A stretch of 64,000 nt of DNA from an uncultured Acidobacteriota bacterium. GTDB lineage: Bacteria > Acidobacteriota > Thermoanaerobaculia > UBA5066 > Gp7-AA6. This document shows, one piece after another, positions 32,281 to 40,095 of the stretch (the first letter of the stretch is position 1; the number at the start of each line of letters is the position of its first letter). The position numbers and the translations under genes were made by a program. The DNA lies in NCBI GenBank assembly GCA_963739435.1, contig CAVUAN010000024.1, positions 39,486 to 103,485 of the forward strand, read 5' to 3'. The notes under the pieces are model-generated. The model saw nothing but the letters and a program-made list of their open reading frames with translations, was not told where the DNA came from and searched no databases.

Positions 32281-33279
32281 TCATCGCCGCACGGCCGGAC
32301 GATCCGAGAGCTTGCGGTCCAGCCGCGATCGGGAGATTCCCAGCGCCTTTGCCGCCCGCCGCTTGTTTCCTCCCAGCCGCGAGAGGACCTCTCGGATGTG
32401 CCGGCCCTCGGCGGCCGCCAGAGTGAGGCTTCCGTGCGGTGAGCCATCGCCTGCAGGATCCGGCGGATAGAACGCCGGCAAAGCCGGGATCTCGCGGTCC
32501 CCCTCCAGGAGCAGAGCCCCGGCCGTAACGATCTCCTGCGGTGAAAGAGCCACGGCTGCGTCGATGACCCGCGCCAGCTCCCGGAGGTTGCCGGGCCATG
32601 AGTAGGAAAAGATCCGCTCGGCCGCCTCCCGCTCGAGGCCCACGATCGGCTTGCGCTGCTGGCGGCTGGCACGGGCGATCTCGGAGGCGAGCAGCAACGG
32701 CAGGTCTTTTCGCCGATGCCGCAACGGCGGGACCGTGATCGTCAGACCGCTGACCCGAAAGAAAAGATCGCGCCGGAACCTGTCCGACTCGGTGAAGGTC
32801 ACCGCCGGGAAATGCGTGGCCGAGATGACCCGCACGTCGGCGACCTGGATCTGCTCCGAGCCCAGCCGCTCGAACTCGCCGTACTCGATCGCGCGCAGGA
32901 TCTTGGCCTGGCCGGCCGGGCTCATGTCGGCAATCTCGTCGATGAAGAGCGTGCCGCCGTCGGCCAGCTCGAACTTTCCCCGCACGCGGCTCTGAGCCCC
33001 TGTGAACGCCCCGCGCTCGTGGCCGAAGAGCTGGCTGTCCAGGAGCGTGTCGGAGAGCGCGGCGGCATTGAACGAGACAAAGGGTCCGCGAACGCGCGAG
33101 GAGCTGTTATGGATCGCCCGGGCCAATAGCGTCTTGCCGGTGCCCGACTCGCCCAGGATCAGGATCGGCAGGTCGGTCCGCGCCGCCAGCTTTGCCCGCT
33201 CGAGGCAGGCGGCCATCGCCGGATCGACGCTGTGGTAGGAGTCGAGCTTGAGGTCCGAGGAGCCGTCGGGGCGCGTCAT
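32281..33279 (-). CDS. Sigma-54-dependent transcriptional activator (bEBP) with AAA+ and Fis-type HTH domains only, no N-terminal sensor or receiver domain
   Basis: 332 aa: Walker A GESGTGKT, the GAFTGA motif (ERGAFTGAQ), LFIDEI, WPGNLREL, and a C-terminal HTH GGNKRRAAKALGISRSRL. Confidence 0.92.
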   Translation of the reverse strand: MTRPDGSSDLKLDSYHSVDPAMAACLERAKLAARTDLPILILGESGTGKTLLARAIHNSSSRVRGPFVSFNAAALSDTLLDSQLFGHERGAFTGAQSRVRGKFELADGGTLFIDEIADMSPAGQAKILRAIEYGEFERLGSEQIQVADVRVISATHFPAVTFTESDRFRRDLFFRVSGLTITVPPLRHRRKDLPLLLASEIARASRQQRKPIVGLEREAAERIFSYSWPGNLRELARVIDAAVALSPQEIVTAGALLLEGDREIPALPAFYPPDPAGDGSPHGSLTLAAAEGRHIREVLSRLGGNKRRAAKALGISRSRLDRKLSDRPAVRR

Positions 33280-33286
33280 GCTTTGA

Positions 33287-34510
33287 TCACTTCTCGCTGG
33301 CCAGGTTCTCCTTCAACTGGCGCAGCGGCTCGAAGGCGTACGAGAGGAGCGACCGCCGGCCCACGATGACGCGGGCGCGTCCGGCCATGCCGGGGACCAC
33401 GGGTCGGGGCTGTCCGTGGACCAGGACCTGCGTCTCACGCAGGTCCGCAAGGGCGCGGAAGGCCGACGTGCCGCCCTTGCCGCCGACTGTCTCGGGGCTG
33501 ACCCAGCGGATGGTCGCCTGGCGCACTCCGTAGCGCTGATAGGGGAAGGCGTCGTACAGGAGCTTGACGGGCTGGCCGGTTCGGACGAGCGCCATCCCAT
33601 CCTGCGGCAAGGTCAGCTCCGCCTGGAGCGTCTGGCCCTCGCATGCCAGTTCGGCCAGAAGGTCGCCCTCGCGGACGGTCGCGCCGGCGCTGCGAACGTG
33701 CAGCTGGAGGATGCTCCCGGTACAGGGGGCTGGCACAGTCAACTGGTTTCCCGTCCGGGCGAGCTCCTTCTCGAGCATTGCCGTGCGGATGTTCGCCCGG
33801 GAGAGCTCTTCGGCGAGACCGCGCTGGACCTCCTGGAATTGAGCCTGTCGCGAGCGCCGCTCGAAGCGCAGCTTCTCCGCGGCACGCCGCGTGTCTTCGC
33901 GTTGGGATTTGGCCTGCTCGGCCTCGACCTCGAGCCGGTTGATCTCCAGCCGCAGGCGCGCGAGATCCATCCAGCTCGACACTCCCTCGTCGAGGGTCTT
34001 CTTCTGGCGGTCCGCGAGCTCGGCCGCGAGAGCGAGCTGCTCGCCGTTCTTGACAATCGTCCGATCCAGGCTCTCGAGGCGCGCCTTCAGCTGCTGCTCC
34101 TCTTCGCCGTCTGCCTTCTGCTCACCGTCGTACTTCTGCCGGGCGTTGGCGAGGCGGTCCCCGGCGCCGGCAATCTGAGCTTTCAGGCCTTCCCACTCCG
34201 CCGCGCGGTCACCGACCGGCGGAGAGGCAATCGTGAACATCGTTTCACCCTCCCGGACCGGCTGCGCGTCGAAAGCCTTGACCTCCGTCACGATCCCGTC
34301 CTTGAAGGCGCGTATCGGGTCGGTGCCACGGACGGGAGCGAGGACGAACGTAGCCGCCACCGTCTCCGGGACGCGGAGGAGGACCGCCGCCAGGGCCGCA
34401 AAGGCAAAGAGCGCGAGAAGGATCGAAGCGAGCGCCCGGGCGGCCCACGGGGGCGGCTCCCGGTCGAGAAAGGGCTCTGCGCTTTCGGGAGATCCGGCGA
34501 CAGCGTTCAT
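33287..34510 (-). CDS. HlyD-family membrane fusion / secretion adaptor protein
   Basis: ATG at 34510 in ORF 33287..35101. One N-terminal TM helix (ILLALFAFAALAAVLL), a long coiled-coil (QLKARLESLD..RLEINRLEVEAEQAK), and a C-terminal beta-barrel ending GMAGRARVIVGRRSLLSY. Confidence 0.88.
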   Translation of the reverse strand: MNAVAGSPESAEPFLDREPPPWAARALASILLALFAFAALAAVLLRVPETVAATFVLAPVRGTDPIRAFKDGIVTEVKAFDAQPVREGETMFTIASPPVGDRAAEWEGLKAQIAGAGDRLANARQKYDGEQKADGEEEQQLKARLESLDRTIVKNGEQLALAAELADRQKKTLDEGVSSWMDLARLRLEINRLEVEAEQAKSQREDTRRAAEKLRFERRSRQAQFQEVQRGLAEELSRANIRTAMLEKELARTGNQLTVPAPCTGSILQLHVRSAGATVREGDLLAELACEGQTLQAELTLPQDGMALVRTGQPVKLLYDAFPYQRYGVRQATIRWVSPETVGGKGGTSAFRALADLRETQVLVHGQPRPVVPGMAGRARVIVGRRSLLSYAFEPLRQLKENLASEK

Positions 34511-37500
34511 CAGTCCGACACCCCGAGCTGCTGGCTCGAAAGATAGTAGTAGAGGCCCTTTCGCTGGAGAAGCTCGTCGTGCGTGCCGCGTTCGACCAGC
34601 CTCCCCTTCTCGAGCACCAGGATGGTATCCGCGTTGCGGATGGTGCTCAGGCGGTGGGCGATGACGAAGCAGGTGCGCCCCTCGAGCAGCCGGTCCATGT
34701 TCTCCTGCACGGCGCGCTCGGATTCGGTGTCGAGCGAGCTCGTCGCCTCGTCGAAGATCAGAACGGGTGGCTGGGTATAGACCGCCCGGGCGATGGCGAC
34801 CCGCTGCTTCTGGCCGCCGGAGATGGCCAGGCCGCTCTCGCCGATCTTCGTTTCGTAGCCCAGCGGCAGCCGGTCGATGAACTCGTGCGCATTGGCCACG
34901 CGCGCCGCCCAGAGCACTCGATCCATGTCGGGCTCCGCCTCGCCGAAGGCGATGTTCCGGGCGATCGTGTCCGAGAAGAGATAGTTCTCCTGGAGGACGA
35001 ACCCGATCTGGCGCCGCAGGTCGCGGTAGTTCAGGGTCTTCAGATCGACGCCATCGTAAGTAATCGAGCCCTGCGTCGGCTCGAGCAGGCCCGCCAGGCA
35101 CTTGACCAGAGTCGTCTTGCCCGAGCCGCTGCGGCCGACGATCGCCACGAACTGGCCGGGCGGAGCCTCGAAGCTGATGCCCTCGAGAATCGGCAGGCGC
35201 TTCGGGGCCGCCGTAGCGAGAAGCCGAGGTTCGTCAGCTCGATCGCGGCCCTCGAGGCTCTTGACCGGATGGAGGCGCGAGCGGTCGGCGCCCTGCTCGG
35301 GCTCCTGCTCGAAGACGTCGTTCAGGCGGTTCAAGAGAACCGAGGAGCGCTGCCAGTTGTCCCAGATCGTGAGCAGCGTCAGCACCGAGACGTTGGCCAG
35401 CGCGACGAGCGAGTTGAAAGCAACCAGGCCGCCGATGGTGAGCGGACCCGGCCATCACCTGGCGGGCGCCGGCCCACAGGAAGAGCACGGTCGTCAGGAT
35501 GGTCACGGTCTGCACGCCTCCCAGGTACGACATCACCGTGAAGTCGGCCCGGAACATGCGCCGTCGCCACGCTCAGGAACTGATTCAAGCATGATCTCGC
35601 GGAAGGAGCCTTCGGCGCCCAACGCCTTCACCGTCTCGATGCCTTTGATGGCGTCGATCTGGTGGGAGTGGTACTTGCCGAAGGAGTCCTCGAGGGTGTC
35701 GAAGACGGGGCGCAGCCAACGGGCGGAAAGAACCATCAATAGCCCGTAGAGGGGAGCCGTCAGCAGGAATACGACGGTCAGCGCACGGCTGTAGATGAGC
35801 ATGAGGATGAGGCTCGCGCCGAGCTGGGTCGCCGCCGCGAGCCCCGCAACACCGCTCTGGACCAGGAACTCCCGGACATTCCGCATGCCTTCGAGACGCC
35901 GCTGAATGTCTCCCGTGCGGCGCGTCGAGAAGTAGACATCGGAAGGGCCAGGAGCTTGCGGGTCAGGAAGTCGAGCGATGACGCGTCGATCCGCACGGCG
36001 ACGAAGCTCAACAGATAGCGCTGGACGCCCATCGATAGGACCTGGAAGACCAGGACCGCGATCATCGAGACGACGATCATGTTCAAGAGCGACGCGTCGT
36101 CGTTCGACGAGCACCCGATCAACGATGACCTGCGTGAAGATGGGCAGAATCATCTGCAGGGCGGCACCGATCAGGCCGAGCCCGAGCGCCTGGAGCAGGA
36201 TGCGCTGGAAGGGCCGGAAGAACGGTACGAGCCACGCCAGATTCGACGGCGTGACCGGCGCCGTCTCGAACGCGTCGGTGTAGTCGAAGAGGGCGGCATA
36301 GCCGGACCAGCGCTCTTCGAACTCGGAACGGGTGAACCGCCGCAACCCGAAAGCCGGGTCGGCAACGCGGCAGTGCGTCGGCGTGACGTCGTGGAGCACC
36401 ACCCAGTGGTTGCCCTCCCAGTGAACGATGGCGGGCAGCGGCATCTGCGCAAGGTTCTCCGGGGAGGCCTTGACCGACCGCGCGGCGAGGCCAAGCTCGG
36501 TCGCGGCGTGGCAGAGCCCCTTCAAGCTCGTGCCGTCCAGGGACGTGTGCACGAGCTGGCGGATGCGCGCCAGGCTGACAGCCCGCCCGTAGTGCCGGCA
36601 CACCATGGCGAGGGACGCGGCGCCGCAATCCATCTCGTCGATCTGCCGCACGACGGGGAAGCGCCGGATGCGGCCGGCCGACTTGACGAAGCGGCCGTCC
36701 TCGGCGAAGGGGGCGCCCTCGACCTCGCCGCCCGCCTCGGTCTCCTCCTCGCCCTGCTCGACCTGATCCGGGCCAACCATCTCCTGGACGGCAGCCTCGG
36801 CGGGCAGGATCTCCTCGGCGAAGTCGAGGGGTACGCGCGCGGTCTGCCGGTAATCGTATTGCGCAATCCGTTCTTCGATCTGGGCCCCGAGGCCGGGAAC
36901 CTCGGCGAGGAGCTTGCGGAAAGTGTCGGGGCGCAGCACGAGGAGCCGGCACGGCGAGACGGCTTCCACGCTCGCGGTGCGCGAGACCCCCTGGAAGACG
37001 GACATCTCCCCGAAGAAATCTCCCTTGCGAAGATAGGCGACATAGCGGCGGCGGCCGTCCTCCTCGGTGAAGACGCGCAGGTGCCCGTCTTCCACGATGT
37101 AGAGCGGCCCGGCCGAATCGCCCTGACGCACGACGACTGTTCCCTTCGTGACTTCGAGCGGAGCGAGCTCCGACAGAAGCGTCGCGAGAGCGGCCGGGGG
37201 AAGCCGGGCGTACGGGATGTAGTGGTGAAAGAAGTTCTCGAGCTTGCGGTGCTTGATTTGGAGCTCGAAGTATTGGCGGATGTCCGGGCTGCGTCGCACG
37301 AGCGCTTCGAAGACGGACTTGTCCAGCCGCAGAGCCTCCACGTCGCTGGACGCTCGAACGGTCGCCGTGCGGGTCGAGTGGTCCAGCAGACCCATCTCGC
37401 CGAAGCTTTGTCCGGGCCGCAGGCTGGTCAGGGCGATCTCCTCCCCCTGCTCGCCGAGCTTGACGACGCGCGCTTTTCCGGACACCAGGACGTAGAACGC

Positions 37501-37641
37501 GTCCGCTGAATCGCCTTCCCGGACGATCAGGTCGCCGAAGGCGAACGATGCCGGCTCGAAGCTCTCGACGACGAGGGCCCGGGTGTCGGCAGGCAGGAAC
37601 CGCAGGATCGGCAGGTCTTCGAGCCGCTCGCGTCCGGTCAT
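34510..37641 (-). CDS. Peptidase-C39 ABC exporter (PCAT) with two N-terminal cyclic-nucleotide-binding domains; at least five apparent frameshifts (~36100, ~35945, ~35590, ~35560, ~35450)
   Basis: ATG at 37641. There are two CAP_ED-like domains (FGEMGLL..RTATV.A and FFGEMSVF..SRTASVEA). The C39 domain is VVRQIDEMDCGAASLAMVCRHYG..HWVVL. The TMD pieces lie in ORFs 35533..37995, 35778..36122, 35379..35588 and 35234..35557. The NBD in ORF 34510..35385 carries GRSGSGKTT, LSGGQKQRVAIARA and LIFDEATS. A stretch GRDRADEPRLLATAAPKR at ~35170-35250 looks locally out of frame, where GRIELTNLGFS.. would be expected. Confidence 0.85.
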
Positions 37642-37645
37642 GGCG

Positions 37646-38707
37646 TCAGATCCGCTGGACCCAGCGAACGCGCGCCTGGATCTCGTGTTCGACGGCGGCC
37701 GCCCGCAGGTGGAACTCGGCGCGCCGCCGGACCTCCGGGTCCCTCTCCGAGGGCAGGGCCTTGTCACGGACGAGAAGGAGATGGAACTCCTCTCCGAGCC
37801 GGAGCGGGCCCACGAGATCGCCCGGACCGGCCCCGAGCAGCTGGGGCCTTGCGGTCTCATCGACGTCTTCCAGGTACAGACGCGACTCCCGCGGCGCGGT
37901 GTGCGCGTTGGCGGCGACCGCTTCGAGCGAGTCGCCGTCCTCTCGCAGGCACAGCAGCGCCTCTTGCGCGGCGGCCTCCCGGGTGAAGCCGACATCCTGG
38001 ACGTCCAGCCGGACCCAGTCGAGGTTTCGCGCCTCGATCGCTCTGCGGACGGCCGGCGGCGTGGCGAGGCGGCGGCAAATGTCTTCGAACACGAGAGTCA
38101 GCCTCGCCAGCTCCGCGATCCGCTCGGCTCCAGGCGGTACCAGGTCGGGAGGTCCGGACCGCTCGAAAACGCTCGAGACCTCGACAACGGCGCGCTTCAT
38201 GTCTTTGGGCGTCGGCTCTGCGTGCTGGCCCGTCCCTCCGGCTGCAGACGCCTGCCCGAGGGCGGCTTGCCCGGCGAGGGTCTCGGCGAACCGGGACAGC
38301 GCTCCGGAACAAACCGACTCGGCCAGGATGCACTCCGAGATCTCGTCGTTCTCGGGAGCGAAGGCGGACAGGTCCTCATCGGGAGTGCCGCCAGCCCGCA
38401 GGAGCGCCCGCTCGATGTACTCCATCCAGTCGTCGACAGAAAGCCCGGCGCGGGCCAGCCACGCCTCCATTTCCTCGGCCGCAATGAGCTCGCGCTCGTA
38501 TCGGAACTCCTGTGCGGCCGCTTCGAGCTCCTCCTCGGAGACCGTCTCTCCGGCCTCTTCCGCGCGGTGGGAGAGGGCGAGGCCCTGGCGGACCTGCTCC
38601 TCGAGTGCGGACCAGTCTCCCCGCAGCACGGCGGCGGCAGCGACATCCCGCCACATGTAGGTGTGCTCACCTACGGTGAACGCCGGACGAGTCCAAAAAG
38701 TGTCCAT
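37646..38707 (-). CDS. Parvulin/PpiC-like C-terminal-domain protein, putative peptide maturation or chaperone component
   Basis: ORF 37646..38863. The likely start is ATG 38707 (MDTFWTRPAFTVGEHTYMWRDV); the alternative is GTG 38863. The C-terminus PGDLVGPLRLGEEFHLLLVRDK resembles the end of rotamase domains (G.vs.Pv.t..G.Hii.v). It lies 4 nt upstream of the PCAT start. Confidence 0.7.
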   Translation of the reverse strand: MDTFWTRPAFTVGEHTYMWRDVAAAAVLRGDWSALEEQVRQGLALSHRAEEAGETVSEEELEAAAQEFRYERELIAAEEMEAWLARAGLSVDDWMEYIERALLRAGGTPDEDLSAFAPENDEISECILAESVCSGALSRFAETLAGQAALGQASAAGGTGQHAEPTPKDMKRAVVEVSSVFERSGPPDLVPPGAERIAELARLTLVFEDICRRLATPPAVRRAIEARNLDWVRLDVQDVGFTREAAAQEALLCLREDGDSLEAVAANAHTAPRESRLYLEDVDETARPQLLGAGPGDLVGPLRLGEEFHLLLVRDKALPSERDPEVRRRAEFHLRAAAVEHEIQARVRWVQRI

Positions 38708-38874
38708 GTCGTGGCGGCGAAACGATACCAGCGAAGCCGAAGTCCACGGCGAGACAATTGGTTTCACTTCGATACCATCATGTCCCGTTTCGATCGGCAG
38801 TCCGTACTCGGCGCCGGGGCAGCCCTCTCGGCAAAGCCCCTTGAGAGCAAGAAGTTCGGACACCTCCGGGCGGC

Positions 38875-38890
38875 TGGCACCGATGCTGCT
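38875..38890 (+). promoter_or_regulatory. Sigma-54 (-24/-12) promoter candidate: TGGCACcgatgCTGCT
   Basis: A perfect TGGCAC -24 box, N5, and a CTGC -12 box with canonical spacing. It lies ~33 nt upstream of the GTG of the first peptide gene and shares the CTGCT -12 element with the promoter at 32150..32165. Confidence 0.7.
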
Positions 38891-38921
38891 ATACGATCAG
38901 GGAACGAAGGGAGGACGCATC

Positions 38922-39110
38922 GTGAGCAAGAAGAAAGCGGCGAAAGCGAAAACGGCCCGAGGCATCCGGAATCTTCCCGCGAAGACGCTGACCGCCAAGA
39001 ACGCCCGGAACGTCAAAGCCGGCAAGGCTCAGAATGCCGACGGATCACTGGATGCGGGCATACATTTCAAGTACGACATCAAGGCCCAGAAAAACTTTCG
39101 CACTCGTTGA
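38922..39110 (+). CDS. GG-leader peptide 1 (62 aa)
   Basis: GTG start preceded by GGGAGG. Sequence: VSKKKAAKAKTARGIRNLPAKTLTAKNARNVKAG|KAQNADGSLDAGIHFKYDIKAQKNFRTR. It is the C-terminal part of track ORF 38661..39110. Confidence 0.75.
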   Translation: MSKKKAAKAKTARGIRNLPAKTLTAKNARNVKAGKAQNADGSLDAGIHFKYDIKAQKNFRTR

Positions 39111-39154
39111 TCGGGGGAAAGGTCCCGCGAGGCCTGAGATCAATTGGTTCCGAC

Positions 39155-39283
39155 GTGAGCAAGGTGAAAGAGAAGGCGGCCCGTGGCACCCGGGATGTTC
39201 CCGTGAGGACGCTGACCGCCAACCATGCTCGGGACGTCAAGGGGGGGCGAGGCGCCGGAGTGAAGCGACACCAGTACATGTAG
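39155..39283 (+). CDS. GG-leader peptide 2 (42 aa, most divergent, no clear SD)
   Basis: VSKVKEKAARGTRDVPVRTLTANHARDVKGG|RGAGVKRHQYM. It is the C-terminal end of the spurious track ORF 37583..39283. Confidence 0.5.
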   Translation: MSKVKEKAARGTRDVPVRTLTANHARDVKGGRGAGVKRHQYM

Positions 39284-39347
39284 TCGCCCCAGGAATCTCG
39301 GCTGACATCGGTACGGCTGCTGTGAGCGAAGAAAGAAAGGGGACACC

Positions 39348-39500
39348 ATGAGCAAGAAGAAGGCAGCGAAAGCGAAGACGGCCCCAGGCATCCGGAAGCT
39401 TTCCCCGAAGACGCTGACCGCCAAACAGGCCAGGGGCGTCAAGGGTGGCAAGCACATCGGCAACGTCAAGTACACAGACAACACCGGACTCAAGCGATGA
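39348..39500 (+). CDS. GG-leader peptide 3 (50 aa)
   Basis: Manual translation: MSKKKAAKAKTAPGIRKLSPKTLTAKQARGVKGG|KHIGNVKYTDNTGLKR. An SD-like AAAGGGG lies upstream. Not in the ORF track (<60 aa). Confidence 0.75.
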   Translation: MSKKKAAKAKTAPGIRKLSPKTLTAKQARGVKGGKHIGNVKYTDNTGLKR

Positions 39501-39544
39501 TGACCAGGAGGCCTTAGAAAAAAGGACGTTAAGGAGGAGGCGAC

Positions 39545-39697
39545 ATGACCAAGAAGAAAGCGGCCAAAGCGAGCAAGGCCCGAGGCATTCGGAAGCTTCC
39601 CTCGAAGACGCTGACCGCCAAACAGGCGCGGGACGTCAAGGGCGGCAGGAAGATCGGCGACATCAAGGGGGAAAGCCTCGGAATAATCAGGCGATGA
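39545..39697 (+). CDS. GG-leader peptide 4 (50 aa)
   Basis: Manual translation: MTKKKAAKASKARGIRKLPSKTLTAKQARDVKGG|RKIGDIKGESLGIIRR. A strong SD, AAGGAGGAGG, lies upstream. Not in the ORF track. Confidence 0.8.
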   Translation: MTKKKAAKASKARGIRKLPSKTLTAKQARDVKGGRKIGDIKGESLGIIRR

Positions 39698-39738
39698 CGA
39701 CAAGGAGAGCTTAAGAAAAACGTTGAGGAGGGGGCAGC

Positions 39739-39894
39739 ATGAGCAAGAAAAAGCCAGCGAAAGCAAAAACGGCCCGAGGCATCCGGAATCTTCCCGCAAA
39801 GAGCTTGTCCGCCAAATCGGCCCGGGACGTCAAGGGGGGCCGCAAGGCCGGCAAGGGCCAACAGGAGTTCTTGAGCGCCATCCGAGAAAGGTAG
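39739..39894 (+). CDS. GG-leader peptide 5 (51 aa)
   Basis: Manual translation: MSKKKPAKAKTARGIRNLPAKSLSAKSARDVKGG|RKAGKGQQEFLSAIRER. The SD is GAGGAGGGGG. The intergenic spacer is homologous to the one before peptide 4. Not in the ORF track. Confidence 0.8.
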   Translation: MSKKKPAKAKTARGIRNLPAKSLSAKSARDVKGGRKAGKGQQEFLSAIRER

Positions 39895-39900
39895 GGCGAC

Positions 39901-40095
39901 ATGGACAAGAAGAAGACCGGGAAGACCAGGAAGTCCAGGGCGGCCACCTCGGTGAGAAATCTTCGCGTGAAAACGCTCGACGCCAGGAGCGCGAAGGGCG
40001 CCAAGGGAGGCGCCACGAGCGAGCTGACGATAACGCGCGTCGTCGACAAGTCCAGCCCGGTCTTATACCAGTCCGAGCCGAGCCTGAAGAGATAA
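39901..40095 (+). CDS. GG-leader peptide 6 (64 aa)
   Basis: Track ORF: MDKKKTGKTRKSRAATSVRNLRVKTLDARSAKGAKGG|ATSELTITRVVDKSSPVLYQSEPSLKR. The leader is divergent but keeps RNL..KTL.A..AKG.KGG. Confidence 0.75.
   Translation: MDKKKTGKTRKSRAATSVRNLRVKTLDARSAKGAKGGATSELTITRVVDKSSPVLYQSEPSLKR

Noticed and set aside
39140-39861. Minus-strand ORFs of 219 aa and 110 aa overlapping the peptide array.
   Set aside because: They are the antisense reading of the repeated Lys-rich leaders (poly-Phe/Leu/Ala-like repeats). They have no start context and no family resemblance. The + strand minigenes have SD sites and a conserved leader frame.
38922-40095. Interpreting the Hcp-like cores as evidence of a T6SS locus, or as one fragmented hcp pseudogene.
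   Set aside because: No tssB, tssC, vgrG, clpV or other T6SS gene is in the window. The Hcp-like segments are not collinear with Hcp (the array order is C-terminus, loop, N-terminus, N-terminus, strand ~86-100, motif ~52-70). Each is preceded by its own full leader, start codon and, in most cases, SD site. A simple frameshifted hcp gene does not explain the structure.
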